Shown here: one piece after another, positions 20,869-31,935 of the stretch
Position numbering within the stretch: the first letter of the stretch is position 1
Layout of the letters: every line of letters begins with the position of its first letter
Source: Candidatus Hydrogenedentota bacterium
GTDB lineage: Bacteria > Hydrogenedentota > Hydrogenedentia > Hydrogenedentales > SLHB01
Assembly: GCA_963674865.2 (NCBI GenBank)
Contig: CAXXYE010000003.1
Coordinates: forward strand, 128,001 to 192,000
Length of the DNA stretch: 64,000 nt
Direction: 5' to 3'
Position numbers and translations under genes: made by a program
The notes under the pieces: generated by a model
Told to the model about the DNA's origin: nothing
The model's input: only the letters and a program-made list of their open reading frames with translations
The model's database searches: none

Positions 20869-21996
20869 TCATTTCGCGAAATACCCCTTCCGCAGCGGCA
20901 CGCTCAGAAGCACGCCGACACACGCCATGGTGGTCAGGCAAAACGAGCCCCCATAGCTCAGGAAGGGTAATGGTATGCCCATGACGGGCAGTAATGCCAG
21001 CGTGACCGCGACGTTCACAAATGCGTGAAAGCCGAGGACTGTCACCACGCCGACGGCAAGCAGCGTTCCCGATAGCTCGTCGGAATCCCGGCCCAGCTTC
21101 AACGCGCGCAGGAAAAACGCGGCAAAGAGCGCGAGCAGGCCCGCGGCTCCTACAAAGCCCTGCTCCTCGGCGAGCAAAGCGAAGATGAAGTCGGTGTGAT
21201 GCTCCGGAAGCCAGCGCAGGTGAGTCTGTGTGCCTTTCAGGAATCCTTTGCCTTTGATCTGTCCGCTGCCGACGGTGATCTTGGTTTGGCGGGGCTGCCA
21301 TCCCAATTCTTGCCCCTTGGGATCGAGTTCAGGATTCAGGAACGTCCGAATGCGCTTCTTCTGGTAGTTATCCTCATCAATCTGCCGCCACAGTATGGGC
21401 GCCGCCACGAGGCCGATGAGGATGATGGCGGCAAGGTGCCAGCGTTTACATCCCGCGGCGTACAACATGACAAACGGCAACGGCAACAGCGTCAGGGCCG
21501 TTCCGGTGTCATTTTGAAGCCGGATCAATACGCACGGCAGGCCAGTGATGACGAAGGCTAAGAGGAAGTAGGGCAGTTTCGCCACCCGCTTGCCGATGGT
21601 CGAAAGATACCAAGCCAGCATATACACGACGGCGATTTTGCTGAGTTCGGACGGTTGGTAGCGCAGCGGCCCGATGCCCAGCCAGCTCTTACCGCCGCGG
21701 GCCTCGACACCGAAGAACAGAACCAGAACCAGCAATCCGATGGCGACGCCGTAGATGACGGGCGCCAATGAAACAAGGAAGCGATAGTCCGTGCAAACGA
21801 TCGCCGCTGCCACGATGGCTCCGAGGATGAACCAGACGCCCTGCTTCTCGAAATTGGAGGTCGAGCCCGCCTGGCCGTGACCCGCGCTGTAGAGCGTGAT
21901 GAGCCCAATCCCCGCGAGCACGACGGCCAACAGCACCAGCACGCGATCGACGCGGCGCAAGTTGCGCACGTCAACCACGCCGATGTGAGCATGCAT
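20869..21996 (-). CDS. rodA: Rod shape-determining protein RodA
   Basis: YQPSELSK, GSGQIKGKG, LPEHHTDFIF, PLPFLSYGGS. Start approximate. Confidence 0.93.
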   Translation of the reverse strand: MHAHIGVVDVRNLRRVDRVLVLLAVVLAGIGLITLYSAGHGQAGSTSNFEKQGVWFILGAIVAAAIVCTDYRFLVSLAPVIYGVAIGLLVLVLFFGVEARGGKSWLGIGPLRYQPSELSKIAVVYMLAWYLSTIGKRVAKLPYFLLAFVITGLPCVLIRLQNDTGTALTLLPLPFVMLYAAGCKRWHLAAIILIGLVAAPILWRQIDEDNYQKKRIRTFLNPELDPKGQELGWQPRQTKITVGSGQIKGKGFLKGTQTHLRWLPEHHTDFIFALLAEEQGFVGAAGLLALFAAFFLRALKLGRDSDELSGTLLAVGVVTVLGFHAFVNVAVTLALLPVMGIPLPFLSYGGSFCLTTMACVGVLLSVPLRKGYFAK

Positions 21997-22006
21997 GATC
22001 TGTGAG

Positions 22007-23947
22007 TTATTGATTGCCAATGTCCTCGGAGACCTCTCCCCCCTTCGCCAGAAGGAGTGATTCGAGTTCTTGGCCATAGAAGAACTCGATTACCTGCCGA
22101 GCTAGGGGCGCGGCCGACGAACTACCGTGGAGGCCGTGCTCGATGAGCACGCTGACCGCGATAGGCGGGTCGCGGTCGAGCACGCCCGCGACAAACCACG
22201 CGTGATCGCGCAGTTTGTATGGGATATCTTCCTCGTTCTCGTAATGATCATACTTGTCTCGGGACACGACTTGGGCCGTCCCCGTCTTCCCCAGCACAAC
22301 CATGCCGGGGATCTGCGCTTCTATACCGGTTCCTCTCGGGAAGGTCGTATGTTCAACACATTTTTGCATACCCTTCCGGACTATCTCGATGGTCTTCTCG
22401 CTTACAACGCGCTTGCTTGCGTCGAGCGCACATGCGGCGTCCAAGTAGGGATGCACCTGATAGCCGCCGTTTACCACCACCGCCATCACCGTCGCCGCCT
22501 GAAGGGGCGTTACCGTGACGTATCCTTGTCCGATGGCAAGGTCCGCGGTCTCCGCGGGATACCACTTCCGATCCCACGGATCGCGCGAAGCGAAGAGCTC
22601 CGCCTTCCACTCGCGGGACGGTATGACGCCGATTACCTCGCCCATGCCGAGGCCGCTCGCCTCCCCATATCCGAGACGAACGGCCCAATCATGGATCTGA
22701 TCCACTCCCAACATCAGGCCGACGCTGTAGAAATACACATCGCACGAGTAGGCGAGTGCATCGACTATCGATACGTCCCCGTGCCCGCCGAGACGCCAGC
22801 GCCAACACCGTTTCTGGTATCCTGGGCGCTTGAGAAAGCCGTTGCAAAAGAAGCTCGTGTTCTCGTTCACGGTACCGTTCTCGAGAGCGGCGATGGCCAC
22901 AAGGATCTTGAACACCGATCCTGGAGGATAGTGAGACTGAAAGCACCGGTTGCGCATCGGGGCCGCCTTGTCGGATAGCACGGCCCGGCGCTCGTTTGAG
23001 CGGCTCCCCTCAATGAAGATGGAGGGGTCGTAGCGCGGCGAACTGGCCAAGGTGAGAATCTCGCCCGTCTTGGCATTGAGCACCGCAATGGCCCCCACCT
23101 GGCCGGCAAGGAGTCTCTCGGCGAAGGCCTGAAGCTCGACGTCGATGGTGATATGCACCGCCCGTCCCGACTGCGGGTCGATGGACCATTCCGCCTCCTC
23201 TTCCAGTGTGCGCCCGAAGCTGTCTACCTCGACGTACGGTTTCCCATAGGCGTCCGTGCGCATTTGAGGGGCGCTGTCCGGGCGTCTATTGTTCACCCAG
23301 ATCTGCCCGTCGGTGCCTCGCAACTCATCTTCGTAGAGCTTCTCGAGTCCCCCGATACCTACAATATCGCCCATCTTGTAGCGGGGGGCGCGGCGCTTCA
23401 ACTCGTCAGGGCCGATCTCGCCCAGATAGCCAAGGAGCTGCCCCGCCACCGGCCCATGAAGGTAGCGTCGATGCGGGCGAACCACCGTGAAGATCCCCGG
23501 CAGAAGAAAGGCGTGTTCCTCGATCCGGTTGAGCGCCGTCCGGGAGATGTCGCGCTTGACCTCAACCTGCTTGTACGGCTCGTCGGCGCTTTCTTGGATC
23601 TTGGCCAACAGCTGCTCGGCGTCCACGTGAATCAGGTCTTCGAGGAGAACGCATACGGCCTCCGGGGCCGTGCACTCCTTAGGCACCACGACCACATCCC
23701 AGGCAGGTCGATTGTCGGCAAGAATGACTTGCTCATTCCGGCCATAGATGGTTCCCCGCGGCGCCTCCACCCGCAGCACGCACATTCTGTTTCTTGTGGA
23801 GAGTGCGCCGTAGTCCGCCCCGTGGACCACTTGGAGCTGCACCAAACGCGCGACCAGGACACCGAGCGCGATGATGAGGGCCACGGCGATGTGCCGCGTG
23901 CGCCCTTCAAAGCGATGGCGGTGCCTCTGGTTATAATTGGCGAGCAT
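22007..23947 (-). CDS. mrdA: Penicillin-binding protein 2
   Basis: PGSVFK (SxxK), SCDVYFY, GKTGTAQ, DHAWF. Confidence 0.95.
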   Translation of the reverse strand: MLANYNQRHRHRFEGRTRHIAVALIIALGVLVARLVQLQVVHGADYGALSTRNRMCVLRVEAPRGTIYGRNEQVILADNRPAWDVVVVPKECTAPEAVCVLLEDLIHVDAEQLLAKIQESADEPYKQVEVKRDISRTALNRIEEHAFLLPGIFTVVRPHRRYLHGPVAGQLLGYLGEIGPDELKRRAPRYKMGDIVGIGGLEKLYEDELRGTDGQIWVNNRRPDSAPQMRTDAYGKPYVEVDSFGRTLEEEAEWSIDPQSGRAVHITIDVELQAFAERLLAGQVGAIAVLNAKTGEILTLASSPRYDPSIFIEGSRSNERRAVLSDKAAPMRNRCFQSHYPPGSVFKILVAIAALENGTVNENTSFFCNGFLKRPGYQKRCWRWRLGGHGDVSIVDALAYSCDVYFYSVGLMLGVDQIHDWAVRLGYGEASGLGMGEVIGVIPSREWKAELFASRDPWDRKWYPAETADLAIGQGYVTVTPLQAATVMAVVVNGGYQVHPYLDAACALDASKRVVSEKTIEIVRKGMQKCVEHTTFPRGTGIEAQIPGMVVLGKTGTAQVVSRDKYDHYENEEDIPYKLRDHAWFVAGVLDRDPPIAVSVLIEHGLHGSSSAAPLARQVIEFFYGQELESLLLAKGGEVSEDIGNQ

Positions 23948-24454
23948 CTAGTCCGCTCCCGCCTGCACCGTCATAGAGGATCGGAAACAGCGCTCCAGCA
24001 CAAAGAAGACAAGCGGCGTCACGAGACTCGTGTAAAAGGCCGTGGGGACGGCGCTTGTAAGGATGGTTTTGAGCACACCGATCTCCGGTTGCTGCACGTA
24101 GCGTATGCCCGCGAACAAGATCCCCTGCGCCAAGCTGCCAAGAAGGACGAGGCCGGCCTTCACTGCCGCGTGTTCCGTAATGAGGCGCGTGGCCAATCTC
24201 CCTACGGCATAGGCGACGACCACATTGCACAGCACATGGTGCCCCAACGTCGTATCGCTTGCCACATCCTGCAAAATGCCCCCGACGGCGCCCGTGAACA
24301 TCGCCCGTTCCTCGCTCTCCGCAATGGCGAAATAGACCACAAGAACGAGGACAAGGTCGGGCAGGACCCCCTCGACCCGGACGACTTCAAGCCACGTGGT
24401 CTGGACAAGGGCAGCCCCGACCACAAACGCGAGCCAAAACAAGTTTTTCCGCAT
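23948..24454 (-). CDS. mreD: Rod shape-determining protein MreD
   Basis: Hydrophobic, PDLVLVLVVY, GILQD; position in mre operon. Confidence 0.9.
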   Translation of the reverse strand: MRKNLFWLAFVVGAALVQTTWLEVVRVEGVLPDLVLVLVVYFAIAESEERAMFTGAVGGILQDVASDTTLGHHVLCNVVVAYAVGRLATRLITEHAAVKAGLVLLGSLAQGILFAGIRYVQQPEIGVLKTILTSAVPTAFYTSLVTPLVFFVLERCFRSSMTVQAGAD

Positions 24455-24470
24455 GTCTCGTCTTCAGAGA

Positions 24471-25391
24471 TTAGGGCGCTAATCGCTCCTGTAAGGGCCG
24501 ATCCTCCGGCACATCCGTCGCCTGAACGAACGCCGGCGCCGTCTCCTCCGTTCCTGCGAGATCGTCGACGTCCTCGGCCGCTTTCCGCACGAGGAACACC
24601 TCATCTATGCGATACGGATCGGCCGCCGGTTGGATGGACGCCGCCTTCACCAGCGTGCCGCGGTTACTTACGTCGGTAACGGTGCCTATGGGATATCCGC
24701 TCGGAAAAACGCTTCCCCCACAGGTGACGACCCTATCGCCCGGACGCACGTCATCCTTCAAGTCGATGTAATGCATCTCGCAGACGTGTGTCAGGTCGCT
24801 TCCCGTTCCCTGGACCCTTCCGTAGACGCGGCCACGGGCCGTCACGGCGCCCACGTTGCACTCGGGGTGGTGCAGTGTTGCTATGTAGGATTGAAAGGGC
24901 ATGACCCGCCGCACGACGCCCACGATCCCATCGGCCGACATCGCGCACATCAACTCGCGCACGCCATGAACCGCGCCGCGATCTACGATGAGTGTCCCCT
25001 CAAACCGTCCTATGACCTCCGCGGGCTGTAGCGTCAATCTCGGCTCCGTCCGCTCAAAGGCGATCATGCGCCGAAGGCGATCATTCTGTTCCCAAAGCTC
25101 CGCGCGGTCGGCGGCCCGCCGCGAGGCCGAGGCAAATCGCTCGCGCAGGAAGTCGTTTTCGTCGCGGAGTGCGTCGTACGCAACGACGAGCCCCGTGAGG
25201 TAGTCGGTGCCCTTGGACATGGTGTGGGCAACGATCCAGAAGGGATGGGCCACCACGGATACCGCCGTACGCAACGCATTCCCGATGACGGCCGAGGGGG
25301 TGCCGGAAGTCAACGACAGAAGCGATAGCCCAAGCAGGACAACCAGAACCGCTGTGGGCCGGTTTTCCGCTATACGCCGGGCAAGACTCAA
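24471..25391 (-). CDS. mreC: Rod shape-determining protein MreC
   Basis: N-terminal TM plus coiled coil, AEVIGR, GDRVVT, FPSGYPIG. Confidence 0.92.
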   Translation of the reverse strand: MSLARRIAENRPTAVLVVLLGLSLLSLTSGTPSAVIGNALRTAVSVVAHPFWIVAHTMSKGTDYLTGLVVAYDALRDENDFLRERFASASRRAADRAELWEQNDRLRRMIAFERTEPRLTLQPAEVIGRFEGTLIVDRGAVHGVRELMCAMSADGIVGVVRRVMPFQSYIATLHHPECNVGAVTARGRVYGRVQGTGSDLTHVCEMHYIDLKDDVRPGDRVVTCGGSVFPSGYPIGTVTDVSNRGTLVKAASIQPAADPYRIDEVFLVRKAAEDVDDLAGTEETAPAFVQATDVPEDRPLQERLAP

Positions 25392-25394
25392 CGG

Positions 25395-26471
<1,077 letters not shown>

Positions 26472-26522
26472 CTAAAATGCTTTAACAAAAGGACTTACAT
26501 GGCATGCACTTCAACCGGCGGC

Positions 26523-26551
26523 ATTATAGCAGAACCCATGTTGGATTCCAA
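26523..26551 (-). promoter_or_regulatory. Probable sigma70 promoter of the mre operon
   Basis: Minus strand TTGGAA-N17-TATAAT with extended -10 TG. Confidence 0.6.
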
Positions 26552-26752
26552 CAGCAAAAAAGTCGCCAAAGTGCAAGCAACGCCGCTGCCTGCGGCGTCG
26601 CTAACTCAAATCCTCGAAAGCCCCCTACAAGTTCCTTCTCGACGAGGGAGACCCTGTGACAATGACTAGGGCTGCCCGGTAGAATACCTCTGATGGCGGG
26701 ATGGCGTCTGTCCTGCAAAGGCTGCGCCGACACCTTCTGAGGAGGTCTATTC

Positions 26753-29700
26753 ATGCGGTTCCTATCGTTGGCGGTATGTCTACTCGTGACGCAGACGGCG
26801 TCGGGCCTCGAAGGCCTATGGCAGGCCGATATCGGCCACGGCGCGCGTTCGCTGCCGGTGGTGGCGGATCACAACGCCGACGGCTCATTGGATGTATTGG
26901 TGACCACCCGATTTGACGGCACGGTCTGGATTGTCGGCGCCGACGGGAAGCAGCGCAACCGGTTCACGCAAGATTATTGGCTTGAGGGGCTTATCGCCGC
27001 CGCTCCGCAGCCCGGCTCGCGCGCGCCCCTGTTTGCCTATCAGGAATCCGCCGGCGACATCGACCTTTCGGACTACACCAAGCGGCTCAATCTTTGGCTG
27101 CACGTGGATGGCGAAGCGTGCATCGGCACCGGACCGTGCCTCGCGGACCTCGATGGCGACGGGAGAGCGGAAATCCTTGTTGCCCGACGGAACGGATGCG
27201 TCACCGCGGTGGATCAGAGACTCAAGCCCCTCTGGCAATTCGACGCCGGCCTGCCTTTCGACTCTTCTCCCGCAGCGGCGCCCGTTTTCAAGGATCAGGC
27301 CGGTGTATATGCTCTGGCACGAGACGGGGCCGTGCATGGACTTGCAGGAAATGGCGCCCCGCTGTGGCGTTTTCAAATGGCCCACGCCGCACCGCGTTTT
27401 CCCTCGAAAGGGGATCTCCTCGTTGTTGAACTTGTTCCAGGAAAGCCCACCGTCTTGGCGGGCGATGCGGAGGGTTGGCTGTACGCCATCGATGCCGTGA
27501 CGGGCCGGGAGCTATGGCATGTCAACCTCGGTGGCGAAGCCCTCGGGACTCCGGCGATTGCCGATGTTCTTCCATCGGAAGGCAGAGAGATTGTCGTCGT
27601 TAGTGAGGCGGGGCATATTGCCGTTGTCGATCCGCACGGCGTCGTTCTACTGCGGGGCGAACTGCCCGAGGGCCGCTACGTGCCCCGTCCGCTGCTGGCG
27701 GATGTAGATGGCGATGCGGAACCCGAAATTGTCCTGGCAGCGGAGCCGTGGGCCGTTGTCGTGGCCGGCCTCGATGGTAATGTGGAGGAGCGTATCGAGG
27801 TCCGCGGCAACGTGAAAGAGGGCGTCCTACTGGCCGACCTCACGGGGAATGGGCGTCTGGAATTGCTTGTGGCAACGGAGTGCGCGCGCCTCTACTGCTT
27901 CGCGACGGAGGCGGAACAGGGCTGGACGCATCCCCGGGGCGGCCCGTCATTAAGCGGGAGCGTGCCGCCTTTCAGCCGTGAGGCAGAAACGCCGGATATG
28001 GACACCAGCGGCCGTTCGGTGCGGCTGCGGGACGTGTTCGCGCCAAGGTATGAAAAGGGGATGCCCCTCGCCAAGGCAGTGTTGTGCCTGCGCAGACCTC
28101 CGGCCTCGGGATATCTCACAGCCAAGATCCGCCTTGGAGATAGTATCGTCGGAGCGGCGGTGAAACCGGCCGCTTCCTCCACGCTCACGATCCCCTTTGT
28201 CCAACTCGCCGATGAGCCATACAGCCTCGATGTAGACCTCGTAGATGCAGACGGAAAGGTGACGGCCTCCACACGCAACACCCCCATTCGGACTGCTCCG
28301 CTCAAGGCTACGGAGCTTGCGCCTGTCGGCGACTTTATCGATGTGCTCGGGGCATGTGCGGACGCGTTCACCCCGCCGGAATGGTGGGCGCCGCCCGAGG
28401 TCGGTGGTAGCGACTCGTGGCACGTGGCGCACTACATGCCTGACAAATGGCGCACCTATGGCCTGGATGACGAGCCCTTCATCCGCGACGCGATCCCGAG
28501 GATTCCGGCGAGTGCGTCGCGTTCCGACGGAGTCTTTGGTCCAAGCCACGCCGCCTGGGAGCCTATCGCCGGAGACACCAAACCCTTCTTCATCATGAAT
28601 GACTACTTCCGGCCGCGCAAAGCATATTCAGACGACGCGTATGCGCGGATCCTGAAGATGGCGGGCGAGCGATTCCTCGGTTTTCAGGTCCATGAATGGG
28701 CCTATCACGTGTGGAAGAACCTCCTGGAAGACAGCGCCACGCCGCCGGCATCGCGGGAAGCGGCCACGGCGGTGATGAAGGAAGACTTCGAGACGGTCCT
28801 GGACATGTGTCATGGCCGCATGTACGAGGGGCAGGGCTACTGCCTGTTCCACCACCAAGCCTTTGCCTGGGGGGCGCCGCTCGGATATGCCGAGGTGGGC
28901 GAGAACATCCCATGCGCCCCGCTACAGTTCGCGTTCCTCCGAGGCGCCTCGCGCCAATACGGCGGCCGCCCATGGGGCGCCTACCTCTCCAATTGGTTTC
29001 GCGGAACCGTAGTTGATACGCGCTACAGGCCGGAGGATGAGCGTGTGCGCTGGGGCAAGTCGGATTATGCGGACGGGCCCGACTGCGGCCATTCAGCCTC
29101 CCTGGAGTTCAGGCTGGAAATGGCCGCGCATCTTTCAGGGGCGACCTTTGTCCACCATGAGTCCGATGCGCACCACGACTCGATATTCATGGAAGAGTCC
29201 GCCCCGGGCGAGTACGGCCTATCTGAGTTCGGCACGGCGATGAAAGCCTGGCATGCCTACACGCAGAAGTATCCCGAGCGCGGACTTCCCTACACGCCTA
29301 TCGCTTTTCTCGTGGACTCCGGACAGGGGTGGCGGCCTCGCGAGGACATCTACGGGATATGGCCCAGGCAGCGCGGAGCCCTCGGCATGGAGGGCGTCTT
29401 CGCGCACGTGTTCCCCTATGGCGGACGCGTGGACTTTGAGCGCGGCTACCTTGCGAATGGCCCCTATGGCGACATCTTCGATGTGCTCACCGACGAGGCC
29501 AAGGCCGACGCGCTTCACGGCTATGCGGTAGTGTGGCCCCTCGGGGAGATGTCACTGACCAAGAGCCGGCAGGAGGCCTTGACGGCGTACGTACGCGCCG
29601 GCGGCATCCTTGTCTTGGACAGTGCCTCGGCGTCTTCGTTCTCGAGCGATTTCCTCGGACTCCGCTTTCGAGGGCGATTTGCACACGGCGACAGCTTTCA

Positions 29701-30217
29701 GACTGCCCTCGCCTCTGTGCCACGCCTGCGCGCGCCGTACCGATATCTTCCGATGAAGATCGATAAGGATTCGCGTACGAATATCTTGGCGTGGACGGGG
29801 ACGGGGGAGCCCGTCTTGGCTTGGCGCCGCGTGGGCCGCGGCGTCGTCATTGTGTCGGCTACGCATCATTGGCTGGACGAGGCGAACCACCTCCTGCCCA
29901 TCACCGGGATACTGCTCCAAAGTCTGGCCGAAGCCCTCCTCCCCCTATCGGTTTCCGCGGATGTTGAGTACATACTGAACCGTTCCCCAAGCGGGTGGGT
30001 CGTGGGCTTGTTCAATAACAACGGCATTGCCAAGGTCCCGACGCTGCCGGCGCAGAGAGACTCCGCGGGTGCGCGAACGTGCCTAGTCCGCTTCGGGGAT
30101 TCAATCCCCCTTCAGTTCATCCCGCGTCTGGGCGAGTTTCGCTGGGACGAACAGGCCCACGGATTGCGGACGCAACTCAGCCCGGGGAATGTGGCCGTTG
30201 TGGAAGTGAAATTCTGA
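26753..30217 (+). CDS. Large secreted protein: FG-GAP/PQQ-like beta-propeller plus putative glycoside-hydrolase-like C-terminal half
   Basis: Signal peptide, repeats ADLDGDGRAEILV / ADVDGDAEPEIV / ADLTGNGRLELLV; C-terminal LTAYVRAGGILV (trimerisation-like domain); GAGGAGG RBS. Confidence 0.7.
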   Translation: MRFLSLAVCLLVTQTASGLEGLWQADIGHGARSLPVVADHNADGSLDVLVTTRFDGTVWIVGADGKQRNRFTQDYWLEGLIAAAPQPGSRAPLFAYQESAGDIDLSDYTKRLNLWLHVDGEACIGTGPCLADLDGDGRAEILVARRNGCVTAVDQRLKPLWQFDAGLPFDSSPAAAPVFKDQAGVYALARDGAVHGLAGNGAPLWRFQMAHAAPRFPSKGDLLVVELVPGKPTVLAGDAEGWLYAIDAVTGRELWHVNLGGEALGTPAIADVLPSEGREIVVVSEAGHIAVVDPHGVVLLRGELPEGRYVPRPLLADVDGDAEPEIVLAAEPWAVVVAGLDGNVEERIEVRGNVKEGVLLADLTGNGRLELLVATECARLYCFATEAEQGWTHPRGGPSLSGSVPPFSREAETPDMDTSGRSVRLRDVFAPRYEKGMPLAKAVLCLRRPPASGYLTAKIRLGDSIVGAAVKPAASSTLTIPFVQLADEPYSLDVDLVDADGKVTASTRNTPIRTAPLKATELAPVGDFIDVLGACADAFTPPEWWAPPEVGGSDSWHVAHYMPDKWRTYGLDDEPFIRDAIPRIPASASRSDGVFGPSHAAWEPIAGDTKPFFIMNDYFRPRKAYSDDAYARILKMAGERFLGFQVHEWAYHVWKNLLEDSATPPASREAATAVMKEDFETVLDMCHGRMYEGQGYCLFHHQAFAWGAPLGYAEVGENIPCAPLQFAFLRGASRQYGGRPWGAYLSNWFRGTVVDTRYRPEDERVRWGKSDYADGPDCGHSASLEFRLEMAAHLSGATFVHHESDAHHDSIFMEESAPGEYGLSEFGTAMKAWHAYTQKYPERGLPYTPIAFLVDSGQGWRPREDIYGIWPRQRGALGMEGVFAHVFPYGGRVDFERGYLANGPYGDIFDVLTDEAKADALHGYAVVWPLGEMSLTKSRQEALTAYVRAGGILVLDSASASSFSSDFLGLRFRGRFAHGDSFQTALASVPRLRAPYRYLPMKIDKDSRTNILAWTGTGEPVLAWRRVGRGVVIVSATHHWLDEANHLLPITGILLQSLAEALLPLSVSADVEYILNRSPSGWVVGLFNNNGIAKVPTLPAQRDSAGARTCLVRFGDSIPLQFIPRLGEFRWDEQAHGLRTQLSPGNVAVVEVKF

Positions 30218-30306
30218 CGGCGCCCTCGAGTAGAACCTAACCATATTGCATGTCGGCTTGCGTGAATGTCCGAGAGCGATTGCGGGCGATTCTGGCGAAG
30301 CCGCTT

Positions 30307-31737
30307 CTAGACGTGCCCCCGCGAGGCCAGCTCATCCCAGCTCTGCGCCATTCTCACATGCATATCATTGAAGGCGCCAAAAGCTTCGGCGAGTTCCGCC
30401 TCCGAGCCTCTCGCCACGCCGGCCTGAAGGAAGATGTCATGCCAGTGTCGGGCAAGTTGCTGGCATTCCGCCGCCCCCATCTGTCCTGCGGTGCAGGTCG
30501 CGCCGGCCGCCCCGACAGTCGCCACGAGCGCCTTGGCGTCGGAGGCATGCTCCGGCCTACGGTGGTGATGGATGGCCTCAGTGATTTCCTTCGGAAATCC
30601 CCATTGAAGCGCCAGCTCGTAGCCCGCATCCGGGTACGTGAGTCCGAGCAGTTCTTCCTCCACGGAGAGCAACTCAGCCCCCGTTGCGTCCGGCGCGATG
30701 GTGTTATACAACTCGGGGACAACCTGCAGCAGGGCAACACGTCCAACGCTGTGCATCATGCCCGCCGTGAACGCCACCCGCTCATCCGCCGTCTCGAACT
30801 TCCTTGCGATCATTCTTGACATCGTCGCGCAACACATCGCGTTGACCCAATAGGCCTTGTAGTCGAAGTTGCGCGATTCGTCGAGCATGTTTACCACGTC
30901 GAGGGACAGGACAAGGTTGTACGTGTCGCGCAGCCCCATCAGCGAAACGGCCAGCTCGATGTTGTCCACCCGGCTGGGAAACCCATAGGCGGCGGCGTTG
31001 GCAACGCTGAGTATCCTCGCGGCCACCGGCGGGTCCGTACACAGTATTTCGGCCGCCTCGTGCACGGAAACCCGCTTGTCGGCCATCGACTTGCGGATGC
31101 GTTGCACCGTTTCCGGTAGTGCGGGAAGCGCCCTGAGCTTCTGCAGCAACCGCACCAGACTCTTGGGCCCGATTCGGCCGTTTTCGGGGGCCTCCTCCGT
31201 GTCCGGCTCATCCTGCTCGTCGGCACCGTGCGGATAATTGCGGTTGATGGCGGCGTGAATATCATTGCGCGAGCACAACATGGGCTTCACAGTGAGGCCC
31301 GTTGTTGCCTCCAGCTCATTGATGGCGCGCGAATCGAGCGGGCAAGCCATGCCTAAGGTAAGCAACCGGCCCAGACGGTCGATGGGGAAGACCTCGTGCT
31401 TCCTGGCAAGCTCCTTGGGCACAAGATCGATGATTTCCTTCGGCACCTTGTAGCTCAACAACTCGATGCTTGAGACGCCCGGTTGCCGTGCGAGGAAGGC
31501 GGCAAACTTGCGTGGGTCCATGAAACCCAGCGAAATGAGTGCCTCGACGATCTTGACGTGGTTTGTCTTCTGTATGGCCAAAGCGGCTTGGAGCTGCTCA
31601 TCCGAGATGACGCCGGCTTCCACCAGCATCTCGCCAATCCGCTTCCTATCGCCGCTCTTGGCGTATTCCCTTACAGGAGGCTTCCTGAAGAAGAACCCGG
31701 ACGCTCTTGCGCCACGTCTAGATTCTTTTCTGTGCAT
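30307..31737 (-). CDS. MshEN (T2SSE_N) domain fused to HDOD domain
   Basis: RIGEMLVEAGVISDEQLQAALAIQ; LPALP, DPPVAARILSVAN, AVSLMG, WGFPKEITEAIHHH. Confidence 0.85.
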   Translation of the reverse strand: MHRKESRRGARASGFFFRKPPVREYAKSGDRKRIGEMLVEAGVISDEQLQAALAIQKTNHVKIVEALISLGFMDPRKFAAFLARQPGVSSIELLSYKVPKEIIDLVPKELARKHEVFPIDRLGRLLTLGMACPLDSRAINELEATTGLTVKPMLCSRNDIHAAINRNYPHGADEQDEPDTEEAPENGRIGPKSLVRLLQKLRALPALPETVQRIRKSMADKRVSVHEAAEILCTDPPVAARILSVANAAAYGFPSRVDNIELAVSLMGLRDTYNLVLSLDVVNMLDESRNFDYKAYWVNAMCCATMSRMIARKFETADERVAFTAGMMHSVGRVALLQVVPELYNTIAPDATGAELLSVEEELLGLTYPDAGYELALQWGFPKEITEAIHHHRRPEHASDAKALVATVGAAGATCTAGQMGAAECQQLARHWHDIFLQAGVARGSEAELAEAFGAFNDMHVRMAQSWDELASRGHV

Positions 31738-31772
31738 CTCTCGCCTGCCTTCCAGGAATGCGCCCAGTTATC

Positions 31773-31788
31773 CGCAAGAACCTGCCCA
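31773..31788 (-). promoter_or_regulatory. Possible sigma54 -24/-12 promoter
   Basis: Minus strand TGGGCAGGTTCTTGCG (GG-N10-GC), about 36 nt before the MshEN-HDOD start. Confidence 0.4.
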
Positions 31789-31935
31789 TCGACGTCCGAC
31801 GCGTTTCCCCGACGCCAGAGTTAATTACTGATCCGCGCCTGTTGCATTGTACAAGATTGCCCTCACATCGGCAACCGCCGCCGGTACTGGTTGGCGCGGC
31901 CGCGCGCCGGCCTGAATCCAGAGCGGCAACGGCTT

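Noticed and set aside
26553..26569. Sigma54-like TTGGCGACTTTTTTGCT upstream of mreB
   Set aside because: Spacing fits, but the match is weak and a better sigma70 promoter lies immediately downstream.
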